46,708 nucleotides of DNA from Octopus bimaculoides (GCF_001194135.2 NC_068986.1:29390701-29437408), one strand, 5' to 3'; positions 1-13,682 are shown, counted from the stretch's first letter. The notes: generated by a model not told the origin, from the letters alone. Numbers and translations: made by a program.

Positions 1-27
1 TATATATATATATATATATATATATAT

Positions 28-187
28 GACGGGCTTCTTCCAGTTTCCGTCCACCAAATCCACTCATAAGGCTTTGGTTGGTCGGGAGTTATAGCAGAAG
101 ACACTTTCCCCCAAAGTGTCACGCAGTAGGACTGAACCCGGAGCTATGTGATTGGGAAGGAAATGTCTTACTTCGAAACCATGCCTG
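28..187 (-). mobile_element. tRNA-headed SINE, family A (head and body), followed on its own strand by (TA)n
   Basis: Reverse complement aligns with copies at 18601-18752, 22290-22450 and 25726-25817; B-box-like GGTTCAGTCC at about 128-138 on the minus strand; degenerate copy. Confidence 0.85.
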
Positions 188-299
188 TGATGCCTGTTTG
201 AAGTTCGAATCCTTCAAGGATCAACTTTACAGTTTAATTTTCCCAAGGTTAGACAAATGATGCCCTTGCGGTAAATCGGTGTTCCATGAAGAGTTTTTG

Positions 300-535
300 T
301 CATCACCATGAGCAAACGAAGCAACCTTTACATTGTCGCTCGAAATAACAGCTACATCTCCCTCCAATCAGATCTACCATCTATGAGAAGGGCACGCTGT
401 ATAATGTAGTCTTGAGTTCTATGCACATTGAAAAATAAAGCAAACTAGATGGCAACGGATGGGATATCTTTGATCATATGTCTACTCGATTATGGTTGAC
501 TTGGAGCTAAGCAATAATTAACACCAGTATCATGC
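300..535 (+). mobile_element. Interspersed repeat family F (SINE/LINE 3' tail-like), degenerate
   Basis: Shares GAAATA(A/G)CAGC...ATCT start and GG(A/C)GCTAA(G/A)CAA end with the copy at 9300-9510. Confidence 0.55.
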
Positions 536-540
536 CACTG

Positions 541-680
541 GGTTCAATCCCCACCGAGATCATCGTTACTTTTCATCCCTCCCAGATCGATAAAATAGGG
601 TACCAGTCGAGTACAGGGGTCGGTGGTATCGACTAACCTTTAACCCCAAAACTAGTAGCCTTGTACCGAAATTTTAAACC
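541..680 (+). mobile_element. SINE family B, 5'-truncated and degenerate
   Basis: TTTCATCC...GATCGATAAAATAGGGTACCAG...GGGGTCG module shared with the other B copies. Confidence 0.65.
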
Positions 681-836
681 GTTCTTACAATTCTTCAAAC
701 TTCCTTTTCCCCCGCTTTTCCCTTTCTTTCTTTCCCCCCTCATCATTTGACCCCTAAACCTCGTACACAAATTATAAACTGTCTTTGTAACGACCCAGTC
801 ATCCGAAGCCCCTGTGGGAAATAAAAGAAATTACCG

Positions 837-1064
837 TCGTTATCGTTGTTGTTGTTGTTGTTGTTATTGTTGTTACTATTATTGTCGTTGTTGTTGTTGT
901 CCCCATCGCCATCATTATCATTATCGTTATCATGATTGTCACTATTATTAAAGTTGTTGTCGCTTTCGTCATGATTCGTCGTCATCATCATCATCATCAT
1001 CAACATCATCATCATGATCAACATCATCATCATCATCATCACTACCATCATCATCATCATCATC

Positions 1065-1096
<32 letters not shown>

Positions 1097-1116
1097 TATC
1101 ATCATCATCATCATCG

Positions 1117-1147
<31 letters not shown>

Positions 1148-1430
1148 TGTTATAATCATCATCATCAGCATTATTGTCATTATTATTGTTGTTATTGTTA
1201 TTATTGTTGTAGTCGTCTTCGTCAGCATCATCATCATTATCATCATCATAATTATCATCATTATTATCATTGTTGTTGTCGTTGTTGTCGTCATTGTCAT
1301 CGTCCTCCTCCTCCTCATCATCATCATTATCATCATCATTATTATCATCATCATTATTATCATTATCATTATCATTGTTGTTGTTGCTATTATAATTGTT
1401 GTTGTAGTCGTCGTGGTCGTCGTCATCATT
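837..1430. repeat. Compound trinucleotide microsatellite (GTT)n/(CAT)n/(ATT)n
   Basis: Seen directly; explains the poly-His, poly-Ile and poly-Met ORFs. Confidence 0.97.
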
Positions 1431-2949
1431 GATGGCATTGTATTTATTTATGTATTCCTTTTAAACGTTCCATCTCCAGCGACTCAGACCTCTTTTCACT
1501 TTATTCGCCCTGGGGCCATCAACACACGACCGTGCATTTCCACTACCATCTAATATCGACCTCCACAACACAGACGCCAGCCGAGGCGAAGTAAGTGGGT
1601 TGTTCCCTTTACAGACTTCATACTTAAGTGGGTAACGGGTGGGGGTGGTGGGAGGAGGTGTCNNNNNNNNNNNNNNNNNNNNNNNNNNNNNNNNNNNNNN
1701 NNNNNNNNNNNNNNNNNNNNNNNNNNNNNNNNNNNNNNNNNNNNNNNNNNNNNNNNNNNNNNNNNNNNNNNNNNNNNNNNNNNNNNNNNNNNNNNNNNNN
1801 NNNNNNNNNNNNNNNNNNNNNNNNNNNNNNNNNNNNNNNNNNNNNNNNNNNNNNNNNNNNNNNNNNNNNNNNNNNNNNNNNNNNNNNNNNNNNNNNNNNN
1901 NNNNNNNNNNNNNNNNNNNNNNNNNNNNNNNNNNNNNNNNNNNNNNNNNNNNNNNNNNNNNNNNNNNNNNNNNNNNNNNNNNNNNNNNNNNNNNNNNNNN
2001 NNNNNNNNNNNNNNNNNNNNNNNNNNNNNNNNNNNNNNNNNNNNNNNNNNNNNNNNNNNNNNNNNNNNNNNNNNNNNNNNNATAAATAATGCAAATGAAT
2101 ACACAAATGAGAACGCTCTTTCGCCGTTCCCAGCACTGAACCTTGTTCGTCTGAAGACACAAGCTGATGCTCCTGACACAATTATATATACAGTTGGAAA
2201 ATATCAAAAAATTGGGAGTGGTTTTTAGACGTTTTAACATGGATTGTGGCCGTTCCGAGTGATTTATGTCTTTGTGTGAGAGGACGATTTAAAGTTGTTT
2301 CAAGCGGTTACGATGTTGTCAAGATTTCTGAAGAGGTCCAAGCGATTCTGGCGTTTTAAGATGGCGTTACAGAAGGAGGAGTGTGTACGCATCCAGTAGG
2401 ATCAAAACATAAAACCTGTCAAAGGCGTATGATCTCCTTGAGAACCAACGGCCCCCATATCCCGGGGAGGAGATGTATGCTGCCAGGATTATGAAGCCCA
2501 ATAAAACACTTAAATGGCAGTTATACCAGTATTTAATTCTAAACAGGACCGGTCGATTTCGGACGCATAAAGAAAACCTAAGTCCAGGGACGCAGCGTAG
2601 TGCAGAGTGTGAGTGGATCTCACTGAGTGGCCAGCTCCTTTGGTTCCTTGCCAAGAGGATCTCAACTCTGTGGAATATTACTATACAACACGTCTCAATT
2701 GGGATGGTTCCTTAAGTAGTACTACTATACAAAAAGCTTTCACATTTTCTGTCCTTTTTTTATTTTTGGCTTCAAAGTTCATTCTGTGGAGACTCAAACA
2801 AATAATCTCCAAAAGTTACCTTCTCCATTTTATTAGTCTCCTCATTCATTTTACATATAAACGCCAGGTGCCAATCCACCTTCAAACCAACAAAGCCACC
2901 GACCATGTCAATGACCTATCTAATATCCTCAAAGGGTACATTCATGTCC

Positions 2950-3490
2950 CCGTCAAATTTTTCGGTCTTTCTCTCTACAGGAATCCATCCTGACCTTTGG
3001 AAGCATGCTTCAGTGTGTTCCATCCCAAGCAAGACAACTTCCCTGACTCTGCTAACTTTCGATCTACCGATTTCATTTCCAACATCTCAAAAGTGACGGA
3101 AACCGTTAGCACCCACTTTATCCAACATTCTGTGTGCCTCTCCCTCCTAAGTGACCACCCCTACGGCTTCCGTAGGTCCAGTTCTATTTGAGACAGTCAT
3201 ACTTATGTCACTCACCAGCAGTCGCTTAAACATTAGATATTCGACAAAATCCATGTGTTGGTACTTGACAGCAGCAAAACCTTTAACTTTATCTATCAAG
3301 AGAATCTCTTGGTTAATCTAACAGCTTCCATTCATCTCTTATTTGAAGAACTGAAAGAATCCTGTCAGATTGTACCATCACACTCAACTCTGTTGTGCAT
3401 ATCAGTTGGTTACGCCTTAACAATCTGCTGGTTATCACCTCAAACAACACTCATTTCTTTGCAAATGATACCACTTTCCATTCTTTATTA
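2950..3490 (+). pseudogene. Decayed reverse transcriptase fragment of a CR1/L2-group (APE-type) LINE
   Basis: Frameshifted peptides LSTGIHPDLWKHASV, DSANFRS...SNISKVTE, LLSDHPYGFRRSSS, LVLDSSKTF and HFFANDTTFH resemble RT motifs (NYRPI, QYGFR, LDISKAFD, YADD); several stops and frameshifts. Confidence 0.8.
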
Positions 3491-4286
3491 GCTTGGAGTC
3501 AGATCGACAAACCTGCATCGCGTCTCAGAAGAGAAACTTCGAAAACATCCTCTAATGAGAATATGACAATCTATTCTTTTTCAAATGCACAGAGAAAAAA
3601 AAAAGACAATATAAATGAAGCCATCTTGAATCTTGCAAACTTTAATCTTGCACAGCATGCAGCTAAAATCCTCAGACCCGCAACAGAAAAGCATCATATT
3701 CTGAAGATCTTTCCCTCTTGGCAACCCCACATTAATAACACAGATTAAAACTAAGCATCACAAAGATTCACATTCTTCTTCAGAGGCCGGAGAATACTAC
3801 AGATTTCTTCAGTTTCTGTTCATCTAAAACTTTTATGTAATAAAGCAATGAATTGACAGAGATGTTAGAACGTTGGATACAAAGCCTTTGTTCTGAGTTC
3901 AAATCTCATCAAGATCAACTTTGCTAATAATTTTTTCAGAATCGATAATAGATTACCAATCTAGGACAGTAGATTGACGGAACAGTAGGATCTTAGAAGC
4001 AATAGCTTGTATCTATCGCGGCGGATTCTATTATGAAAGTAAAGCTTGCAACGATATAGGTCCCCTGCTGTATCGACAGCCTTTCCATTGAACAACGTTA
4101 GAGGCGCAAAGAGGGTAAGCTTGCGTGCATAAGCATCTGACAGACTTCCACAAATGGTCTTGCCCAGGCCTGCGCATAAGAGGGTTGGTAGATGGTCAAC
4201 AGCAGCACTGAGGAGTACTTCCGCTATACCAGAAAATACTGCTGCTGTTATACACACAGGGCTTAGGAAAATAAATGAAAGTAAAT

Positions 4287-4589
4287 GAAGGCGCATGATT
4301 CAGTGGTTAGACCATCGGGCTCACAATCTTGAGCTAATGAGTTTGATTCCCGAACCGGGTTGTGTGTCGTGTTCTTGAACAAGACGCTTTATCTTACGTT
4401 GCTTCAGTTCACTCATCTGTAAAAATGAGTTGCGACGTCACTGGTGCCAAGCTATATCGGCCTTTGTCATTCCGTTGGATAACACTGGTGGCGTGGAGAG
4501 GGGACCCTGACATACATGGACAACTGCTGGTCTTCCATTAACAATCTTACCCGGACTTTGCATCGGCGGATGACTTTTTAGGAGCAATG

Positions 4590-4590
<1 letters not shown>
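4287..4590 (+). mobile_element. tRNA-headed CORE-type SINE, family C, ending in (AGAT)n
   Basis: A-box-like TGATTCAGTGG and B-box-like GAGTTTGATTCC; 4369-4430 (GTGTTCTTGAACAAGACGCTT...CTTCAGTTCACTCATCTGTAAAAATGAG) resembles the MIR CORE domain. Confidence 0.8.
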
Positions 4591-4663
<73 letters not shown>

Positions 4664-4680
4664 TACATACATACATACAT
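4590..4680. repeat. (AGAT)n followed by (ACAT)n
   Basis: Seen directly. Confidence 0.97.
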
Positions 4681-5903
4681 ATATATAATGGTTTGAAATG
4701 TATTTATTTTTCTCGGACGAGTGTTCGTCAGTAGCTACAAAATTACAGAACCCGAGTGAAACCCAATGCAAATATTTAAAATTGGACATTCAAGATTATT
4801 TCTCTTCTATTACTAGAACTTTGCATATTCATGTGTTGAATTTCGCATGAATTATTACTAACATTTCTTGATGTTTGCAAGTAAATCCATTACGAAAAGC
4901 GACAACACTTTAGGGATTAAAAATATCATCTTGTATCCCATTAGAGCTTATTCATTCAGCTGAGATAACCAAACTTGTGGGAATACATCTACCCAAAAAG
5001 CTAGTTAAGATAGTTTCACGTTCAAGTGGGTCATTACAAAGGTGTTAGCCTCCTATATATACATATATACATACATACATACACACATATAGATATTCTG
5101 CACACTTATATATATNNNNNNNNNNNNNNNNNNNNNNNNNNNNNNNNNNNNNNNNNNNNNNNNNNNNNNNNNNNNNNNNNNNNNNNNNNNNNNNNNNNNN
5201 NNNNNNNNNNNNNNNNNNNNNNNNNNNNNNNNNNNNNNNNNNNNNNNNNNNNNNNNNNNNNNNNNNNNNNNNNNNNNNNNNNNNNNNNNNNNNNNNNNNN
5301 NNNNNNNNNNNNNNNNNNNNNNNNNNNNNNNNNNNNNNNNNNNNNNNNNNNNNNNNNNNNNNNNNNNNNNNNNNNNNNNNNNNNNNNNNNNNNNNNNNNN
5401 NNNNNNNNNNNNNNNNNNNNNNNNNNNNNNNNNNNNNNNNNNNNNNNNNNNNNNNNNNNNNNNNNNNNNNNNNNNNNNNNNNNNNNNNNNNNNNNNNNNN
5501 NNNNNNNNNNNNNNNNNNNNNNNNNNNNNNNNNNNNNNNNNNNNNNNNNNNNNNNNNNNNNNNNNNNNNNNNNNNNNNNNNNNNNNNNNNNNNNNNNNNN
5601 NNNNNNNNNNNNNNNNNNNNNNNNNNNNNNNNNNNNNNNNNNNNNNNNNNNNNNNNNNNNNNNNNNNNNNNNNNNNNNNNNNNNNNNNNNNNNNNNNNNN
5701 NNNNNNNNNNNNNNNNNNNNNNNNNNNNNNNNNNNNNNNNNNNNNNNNNNNNNNNNNNNNNNNNNNNNNNNNNNNNNNNNNNNNNNNNNNNNNNNNNNNN
5801 NNNNNNNNNNNNNNNNNNNNNNNNNNNNNNNNNNNNNNNNNNNNNNNNNNNNNNNNNNNNNNNNNNNNNNNNNNNNNNNNNNNNNNNNNNNNNNNNNNNN
5901 NNN

Positions 5904-5943
<40 letters not shown>

Positions 5944-6307
5944 GCATACACATACAAGCACACAAACATATATGTGTATATGTTTCTGTGTGTAATGGGT
6001 GTATAGTTGTGACGGTATGTTTGTCTGCATGAATGTGTGCGTGCGGTAGTGTGTGCCTGAATGCCAGCGTGCGAGTGTAAATGAATATATTTATATGTTG
6101 GTAGTATTCTCGGTTCTTATTCATACCATCTTCCCGAAAATCAACTCTCAATCTCTTAAAAAATTACCTTAAGGCTTTAACAATAACTGCCAAAAGACTG
6201 TAGTTCTTTTTAAACTCAGATTATCCTTATTGTTACATTTTTATGGCGTTTTAGGATTGCTTTCAAGGGCTGGAGTATCGTACCAGATTACGGCGTTCAG
6301 TTTTCCA

Positions 6308-6510
6308 AAGCGGTGAGCTGGCAGAATCGTTTGCGCGCTGGACAAAATGCTTAGCGGCATTTCGTCCGTCTTTATATTCTGAGCTCAAATTCTGCCGTGA
6401 GCGACTTAGCCTTTTATTCTGCTAGGATCTATAAAATAAGACCCTAATAGGATTGAAAGGTTAAGGGATCAATGTAATCGATTATCTCCCTCCTCCAAAA
6501 TTTCTGGCTT
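6308..6510 (+). mobile_element. SINE family B, near full length
   Basis: GCGGTGAGCTGGCAGAATCG head, GAGCTCAAATTC B-box-like segment; aligns to 14586-14777 and 39712-39920. Confidence 0.8.
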
Positions 6511-6847
6511 ACTTATGTTCACATACACACATATACAAATACAAACATACATACATGCATACATACATACATACATACATACATACGTACGTACGTACGT
6601 ACGTACATAGATACATGCATTCTATCATGGACTAACAACTGGATTACTACCTACCAGTTTGAAGGGTATGCATTTGCAATCCAGGAACAGGAAATATCAA
6701 CCAAATACCAGATGCACAGAAGGGACTGAGACGCAGGAAATGCAATAAAACTGATGCAGATTTTGTGGAGTTAACACCGAAGATATCACCCACATCATAA
6801 TTAGTTGGCCGAAAATGTCGCTGATATTCCAGTTCAACACATTGAAA

Positions 6848-6978
6848 TTTACGTTCCGAGTTCAAGTTCTTCCGAGGTCAACTTTGTCTTTCATCCATCG
6901 GAGCTCGATAAAATAAAGTACTAGTCACGTGCTGGGGTCGAAGGAATCGACTAGCTCCCTTCCTCAAATTTTCAGGCT
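6848..6978 (+). mobile_element. SINE family B, 5'-truncated
   Basis: GAGTTCAAGTTC...GAGGTCAACTTTGTCTTTCATCC...GATAAAATAAAGTACTAG...CTGGGGTCGA. Confidence 0.8.
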
Positions 6979-6979
6979 A

Positions 6980-7286
6980 CCATCACCACTACCACCAACG
7001 CCGCCATCATCATCATCATCATCATCGTCGTCATCGTCGTCGTCACTGTCATTATCATCATTATCATTATCATCCTCATCATCATCATTCTCAGCAGCAG
7101 CAGCTGCTGCAGCTGTACGATGGTTGTTGATAACACTGTTGAGTTTAGTTTTTTTTTTGTTTATCTTCATCTATTTTTCATTTTCTTCACACAGTTGTTC
7201 ATATTGTTGTTGTTGCTAGTACTGTTGTTTGTTGTCGTTATTGTGGTTGCTGCTGAATAGTTATCATATATATAAACATATATTTT

Positions 7287-7329
<43 letters not shown>

Positions 7330-7625
7330 TACATATATTGGTATTCAATATTTTTATTATTGTTTACTTGTTGTAGCTGTTGTTATTGTTGTTGTTGCTG
7401 CTGTTACTGCTACTGTTGTAGTTTTTGTTGTTGCTGTTGTAGTTTTTGTTGTTGTTGTTGTTGTTGTTCGTACTGTTGTTGTTGCTGTTGTTGTTCTCAG
7501 TGCTAATATTGTTCTTCTTGTTATTACGTTTGTTCTTGCCTTTTATTATCATTTTGTTGATGCATTTTTTGCTTTCGTTGTTTATGCAGCTACATCACTG
7601 TTATTATTATTATTATTATTATTAT
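6980..7625. repeat. Compound (CAT)n/(CAG)n/(GTT)n/(CA)n/(TTA)n low-complexity tract
   Basis: Seen directly. Confidence 0.9.
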
Positions 7626-8029
7626 TGCGTTTTTTTTTCATTTATATTTCTATTCATTTATCTATTTATTTATATTTTTATCTCCATATTTCATATACAC
7701 CTTTGTTTTTACTGTGTTATGATTTTGTTTGCTTTTTTCTTCATATTATTACAATATGTTTTCATTTTTTTTATTTCACTGGAGCATTATTTTTATTACT
7801 GTTTGTTATTTAATTTTGGGTTGTTATTCTTTTTTTTTACACTTCCCATTCATGTTCGCGTTAGTGCACAAATATACGGTCACCCACGATCATGCATACA
7901 AAAATGTATAAACAAATATGCATGCATGTGAATGAAGACGAAAAAAAACTGCATGCATGCAGAGTGATGAAAATGAACAGAAGAGAACAAGATTCATGAA
8001 CGTTCATGAAGGCGCATTTCCCACGAATG

Positions 8030-8222
8030 CGTACACACCCACCCACACACACACACACGCACACACACACACATACACGCACAAACGCACACACGCGCAT
8101 ACACTAAGACACACATACGAACAAACAAAAGAAGCACACACATCTAATATATACATATTTGTGTGCATGTGTGTGTGCATATATATATATATATATGTGC
8201 ACATATCTGTGTGCGCATAAGT

Positions 8223-8275
<53 letters not shown>

Positions 8276-8421
8276 CATATANNNNNNNNNNNNNNNNNNN
8301 NNNNNNNNNNNNNNNNNNNNNNNNNNNNNNNNNNNNNNNNNNNNNNNNNNNNNNNNNNNNNNNNNNNNNNNNNNNNNNNNNNNNNNNNNNNNNNNNNNNN
8401 NNNNNNNNNNNNNNNNNNNNN

Positions 8422-8457
<36 letters not shown>

Positions 8458-8571
8458 CCCTTATGTCGTTTCGTTCATGTGTTTGAGTATGTGTAATTGT
8501 GTATGTGGATGTGTGTGTATAGTGAGCGTGTTTGTGTGCTTGTCTGTGTATGCATGTCGGTGTAATTTCGT

Positions 8572-8609
<38 letters not shown>

Positions 8610-9225
8610 AGTGTCAAGGAGCCAAATGGACGCAAATAAAGATTCATGAAGGTATATGATTACACGTAAGGCGTACGTATGCATGCACTCGCTCACATAC
8701 ACGCACACACACACATGCATACAAACATACATGCAGATTCACACTTTCATACACATAGACACGCGCACGCGCGCATTCTCACAGCCCTCACACCTCTGAC
8801 AAATTTCCCCACGCCTCAGCTTCACCTTTCACATACCACATCAACTAAAACCGCCGTCTTTTTTTTTTCTTTGCCTTCGGGAAGGACAACCCTTACCCGT
8901 CACATCACGCTCCCACCAGCACTCACACCTATCGTCACCGCTAACACTCGATATCTTCATCCCTTATTTATTTCCCTGCATATATCACCCGTCGCCGCTG
9001 CCACCACTACCACTATCATCATAACCACCACCACTACCACCACCACCACCACGACCATCATCACAACCACCACCACCACTACTGCATCCACCACCACCAC
9101 CAGCTTCCTACCGCTACCCTCACTATCACCGCCATCATCACCATCAACATTATCACCACCACCATCACCACCACCAACACCACCATCACCACCACCACCA
9201 TCACCATTAATACTACCATTTCCAC
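8030..9225. repeat. (CA)n/(TA)n/(TG)n tracts around a gap, then degenerate (CAC)n
   Basis: Seen directly. Confidence 0.85.
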
Positions 9226-9299
9226 CCATATAACTACCATTATTAACAATCAGTCACACATTCCTCATCTTCATAATCGACCAACGAGGCAGCCTCACA

Positions 9300-9510
9300 T
9301 AATCAGCCGATTACTAGAAATAGCAGCCAAATCTTTCTCATCATTAAATCCCAATCTCCTCTTTGAAACAAACAAAAAAAAGAGGTGGGCAGATTGGTCA
9401 GCGTGTAAGCTTGATATAAAAATTTTAAAAAAAACACGCGAGAAATGGTCATGGCTGGAACCCTTATAATCATTTCTGTGCATGAATGTGGCACAACTGA
9501 GCTAAACAAG
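9300..9510 (+). mobile_element. Interspersed repeat family F, degenerate
   Basis: TAGAAATAGCAGCCAAATCT...GGTCATGGCTGGAA...GAGCTAAACAA; colinear with 340-525. Confidence 0.6.
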
Positions 9511-10372
9511 GACCGTTACTCACGACAATAACAACTATAACAGCCTGCCCAGCAATGTGCCGCTGGTCTCGCAAGCGCCACCGGTGCCGCCTTCGGTATT
9601 ACCAATCCTAGTCACACAACAAGCAATCTTGTCCAGTTTCACAAACCTTGTTTACCCATCCACTCACCCAACCCTGCACACCACGCACAATACCCAATGC
9701 CCAAGAATATCCTTTATCCCCCCCCCCACGCATTCCACCTCAACCCAACTCACCCCCATCCCCACCCCACTATCAACCTTAATATATTTACACAACTCCT
9801 TCCAGTCACCAGTCNNNNNNNNNNNNNNNNNNNNNNNNNNNNNNNNNNNNNNNNNNNNNNNNNNNNNNNNNNNNNNNNNNNNNNNNNNNNNNNNNNNNNN
9901 NNNNNNNNNNNNNNNNNNNNNNNNNNNNNNNNNNNNNNNNNNNNNNNNNNNNNNNNNNNNNNNNNNNNNNNNNNNNNNNNNNNNNNNNNNNNNNNNNNNN
10001 NNNNNNNNNNNNNNNNNNNNNNNNNNNNNNNNNNNNNNNNNNNNNNNNNNNNNNNNATGCATATATATATGCATATATATATATGCATATATGCATTAAT
10101 ATACATGCATATATATATAAATATATATACATGCATACATAAACTCCCGTTTATCAAGACTATTATTTCGTTATGCCTGTTCACTCTCAGTGCACACGCA
10201 TATGACCAGTTACGTATACTCACATACACATATTCAGACCTACGTATATGCCTACGCAAGCACAAACATATGTTGTGCATATATGTGAAATTGCAGTAAA
10301 TAAATCTTTATGTGTGTGCGTATGTGCATGTGTGCATGTGTGTGTGTGTGTGTGTGCATGCATGTGTCTATG

Positions 10373-10417
<45 letters not shown>

Positions 10418-10905
10418 NNNNNNNNNNNNNNNNNNNNNNNNNNNNNNNNNNNNNNNNNNNNNNNNNNNNNNNNNNNNNNNNNNNNNNNNNNNNNNNNNNN
10501 NNNNNNNNNNNNNNNNNNNNNNNNNNNNNNNNNNNNNNNNNNNNNNNNNNNNNNNNNNNNNNNNNNNNNNNNNNNNNNNNNNNNNNNNNNNNNNNNNNNN
10601 NNNNNNNNNNNNNNNNNNNNNNNNNNNNNNNNNNNNNNNNNNNNNNNNNNNNNNNNNNNNNNNNNNNNNNNNNNNNNNNNNNNNNNNNNNNNNNNNNNNN
10701 NNNNNNNNNNNNNNNNNNNNNNNNNNNNNNNNNNNNNNNNNNNNNNNNNNNNNNNNNNNNNNNNNNNNNNNNNNNNNNNNNNNNNNNNNNNNNNNNNNNN
10801 NNNNNNNNNNNNNNNNNNNNNNNNNNNNNNNNNNNNNNNNNNNNNNNNNNNNNNNNNNNNNNNNNNNNNNNNNNNNNNNNNNNNNNNNNNNNNNNNNNNN
10901 NNNNN

Positions 10906-10936
<31 letters not shown>

Positions 10937-12616
10937 ACATACAGATATGCATATTGTGCATACATATTGTAAAACAGTTATATGCGGTCATACACCAACA
11001 CACAAATGATACCGACAAACATTCACAAACATCATATGTGTGTGTGTGTTGATACATATATATGTGTGAGTGTGTGTGTGTGTGTGTGTGTATGTGTGTG
11101 TTTCTGTGTACATACTCTAAATGCGCAAACAACAACCCATAAGTAATAAATGTATGTTTACACATGCACACAGACATACACACATAGACGTATGTACAGC
11201 CATACATACACACATATACGGCCATCTTGTATTTTCCGACATCTTCAATTCAAGGAACATCGCCACCACCACTACTACTACAACCACTACTACCACAACA
11301 CCTCCATACTCCCCACCGCACACCCGTCCTTTGCATCACGCATAAGAACTCCACCTCCACCGCCACTCCACAGCCACTGCTACTTTCCTCACCACACACA
11401 CTACCACGGCACCTACCCTTGCTACTCACGCTTGTAAATACCCCCACCACCAGCACTACTACTGCCGCTACCACCACCATTACACCCCCACCCTAGGGGT
11501 ACAATCGTCGACCACGCCCTAAACGGCCCCACCACGCCGCATTTTGTTTCGTGATGGACCTTTATATCTTCATTGTTACCATTGTCACCCTCAAACACTG
11601 GGACTTTATATATGAGTAGGGGTGGCGGTATGAGTGAAGGAGGTGTGTAAGTAGGAGGAGAAAGAGAGAAGGAGAAGGAGAAAGAACAGGATGGAGAAGA
11701 AGAGGAGGAGGTGTTATAAACGCGTGAGTAGGAGGAGGGTTCTAGGTGGTGGGAGGGAAAGACGTCTGAAGAAAATAGAGGGCGGGTGGCACGAGGGTAG
11801 TGGGAGAAGGAAAGGCGATGGTGTGTGTGTGGGGGGTGGCAGTAATTGTGGAGTGTGAGTGGAGAGGAGGACTGAGAGGGTAGGTGCGTGGATGGGCAGA
11901 TGCTTCAAGGTTGGGGNNNNNNNNNNNNNNNNNNNNNNNNNNNNNNNNNNNNNNNNNNNNNNNNNNNNNNNNNNNNNNNNNNNNNNNNNNNNNNNNNNNN
12001 NNNNNNNNNNNNNNNNNNNNNNNNNNNNNNNNNNNNNNNNNNNNNNNNNNNNNNNNNNNNNNNNNNNNNNNNNNNNNNNNNNNNNNNNNNNNNNNNNNNN
12101 NNNNNNNNNNNNNNNNNNNNNNNNNNNNNNNNNNNNNNNNNNNNNNNNNNNNNNNNNNNNNNNNNNNNNNNNNNNNNNNNNNNNNNNNNNNNNNNNNNNN
12201 NNNNNNNNNNNNNNNNNNNNNNNNNNNNNNNNNNNNNNNNNNNNNNNNNNNNNNNNNNNNNNNNNNNNNNNNNNNNNNNNNNNNNNNNNNNNNNNNNNNN
12301 NNNNNNNNNNNNNNNNNNNNNNNNNNNNNNNNNNNNNNNNNNNNNNNNNNNNNNNNNNNNNNNNNNNNNNNNNNNNNNNNNNNNNNNNNNNNNNNNNNNN
12401 NNNNNNNNNNNNNNNNNNNNNNNNNNNNNNNNNNNNNNNNNNNNNNNNNNNNNNNNNNNNNNNNNNNNNNNNNNNNNNNNNNNNNNNNNNNNNNNNNNNN
12501 NNNNNNNNNNNNNNNNNNNNNNNNNNNNNNNNNNNNNNNNNNNNNNNNNNNNNNNNNNNNNNNNNNNNNNNNNNNNNNNNNNNNNNNNNNNNNNNNNNNN
12601 NNNNNNNNNNNNNNNN

Positions 12617-12665
12617 AAGAAGAAGAAAACGAGAGAAGGATGGGAAATGCTAGGAAATAAAATGG

Positions 12666-12731
<66 letters not shown>

Positions 12732-12835
12732 GGAGGGAGAAAGGAAGGAAGGAAGGAAGGAAGGATGGGAGAAAGAAAGAAAAAGAAAGGAAAGAAAGAA
12801 CGAACGAATGAAAGAAAGAAACAAACAAACAAAGG
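12617..12835. repeat. Polypurine (GAAA)n/(GGAA)n tract
   Basis: Seen directly. Confidence 0.95.
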
Positions 12836-12957
12836 GGGGGAACATTTAGGATAAAGGTGAGATGAAACTAAATGAAAGACTCAATAGAAAAAAACAAGGA
12901 GTGAGCGTGAGTGTATCAGGGACTGAGGTAGATTCAGAGAGTATGTAATGTTGGAGT

Positions 12958-13260
12958 GAAGGTGCGTGGTTCAATGGTTAGAGTATTTGGCTCACGACCA
13001 TAAGGTTATGAGTTCGATTCCCTGCTACATGTTGTGTGTCCTTCAGCAACACAGTTTTATTTCGCGTTGTTCTCGTTCACTGAACTGGCAAAAATGAGTA
13101 GTACCTGTAATTACAAATGCCAGCTTTGACACATTCTGTTTCACGATGAATCTCCTTGAGAACTACGTTAAGGGCACGCGTGTCTGTAGAATGCTCAGCC
13201 ACTTGCACATTAATTTCACGAGCCGGTTGATCCGTTGATCGAATCAATTGGAACCCTCAT
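12958..13260 (+). mobile_element. tRNA-headed SINE with family C-like head/CORE segment and family D tail
   Basis: TGGTTCAATGG A-box and GAGTTCGATTCC B-box; 13102-13257 is the reverse complement of 13726-13880. Confidence 0.8.
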
Positions 13261-13595
13261 CAGGGAATTATAACAGGGTTTGAGGGAGAGTCATAGTTAT
13301 GAGTGAGAACCAGTGGATATTTCAAGGGCTAAAGATGAGTGCAAATCGCTGAGTATAAAAGGCTGAAGGAGAGTTCAGTGAGTATGTTAGGAGTCGAAGA
13401 AGAATTTATTTAATATAAGAAAAGCTGGATGAGTGTCATGAGCATATAAGGGGCTACTGGATTGAAAACAAAATTTTGTTCCTATTGGTGTTAGCGGAAA
13501 GGAAATGTTTCGGAGCACCAAAGTTAAGCATAATGAAGTCTGAACAGAGCGGAAGTGGAAGAGAATATGTGTACGTGTGTACATATGTGTGTGTC

Positions 13596-13638
<43 letters not shown>

Positions 13639-13682
13639 GTGTGTGTGCATGTGTATGTCTGCGTGTTCATGCGCGTTTGAGT

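Noticed and set aside
743-1553. Long poly-His, poly-Ile and poly-Met ORFs, and similar homopolymeric ORFs elsewhere
   Set aside because: They are translations of trinucleotide microsatellites, open in several frames and on both strands.
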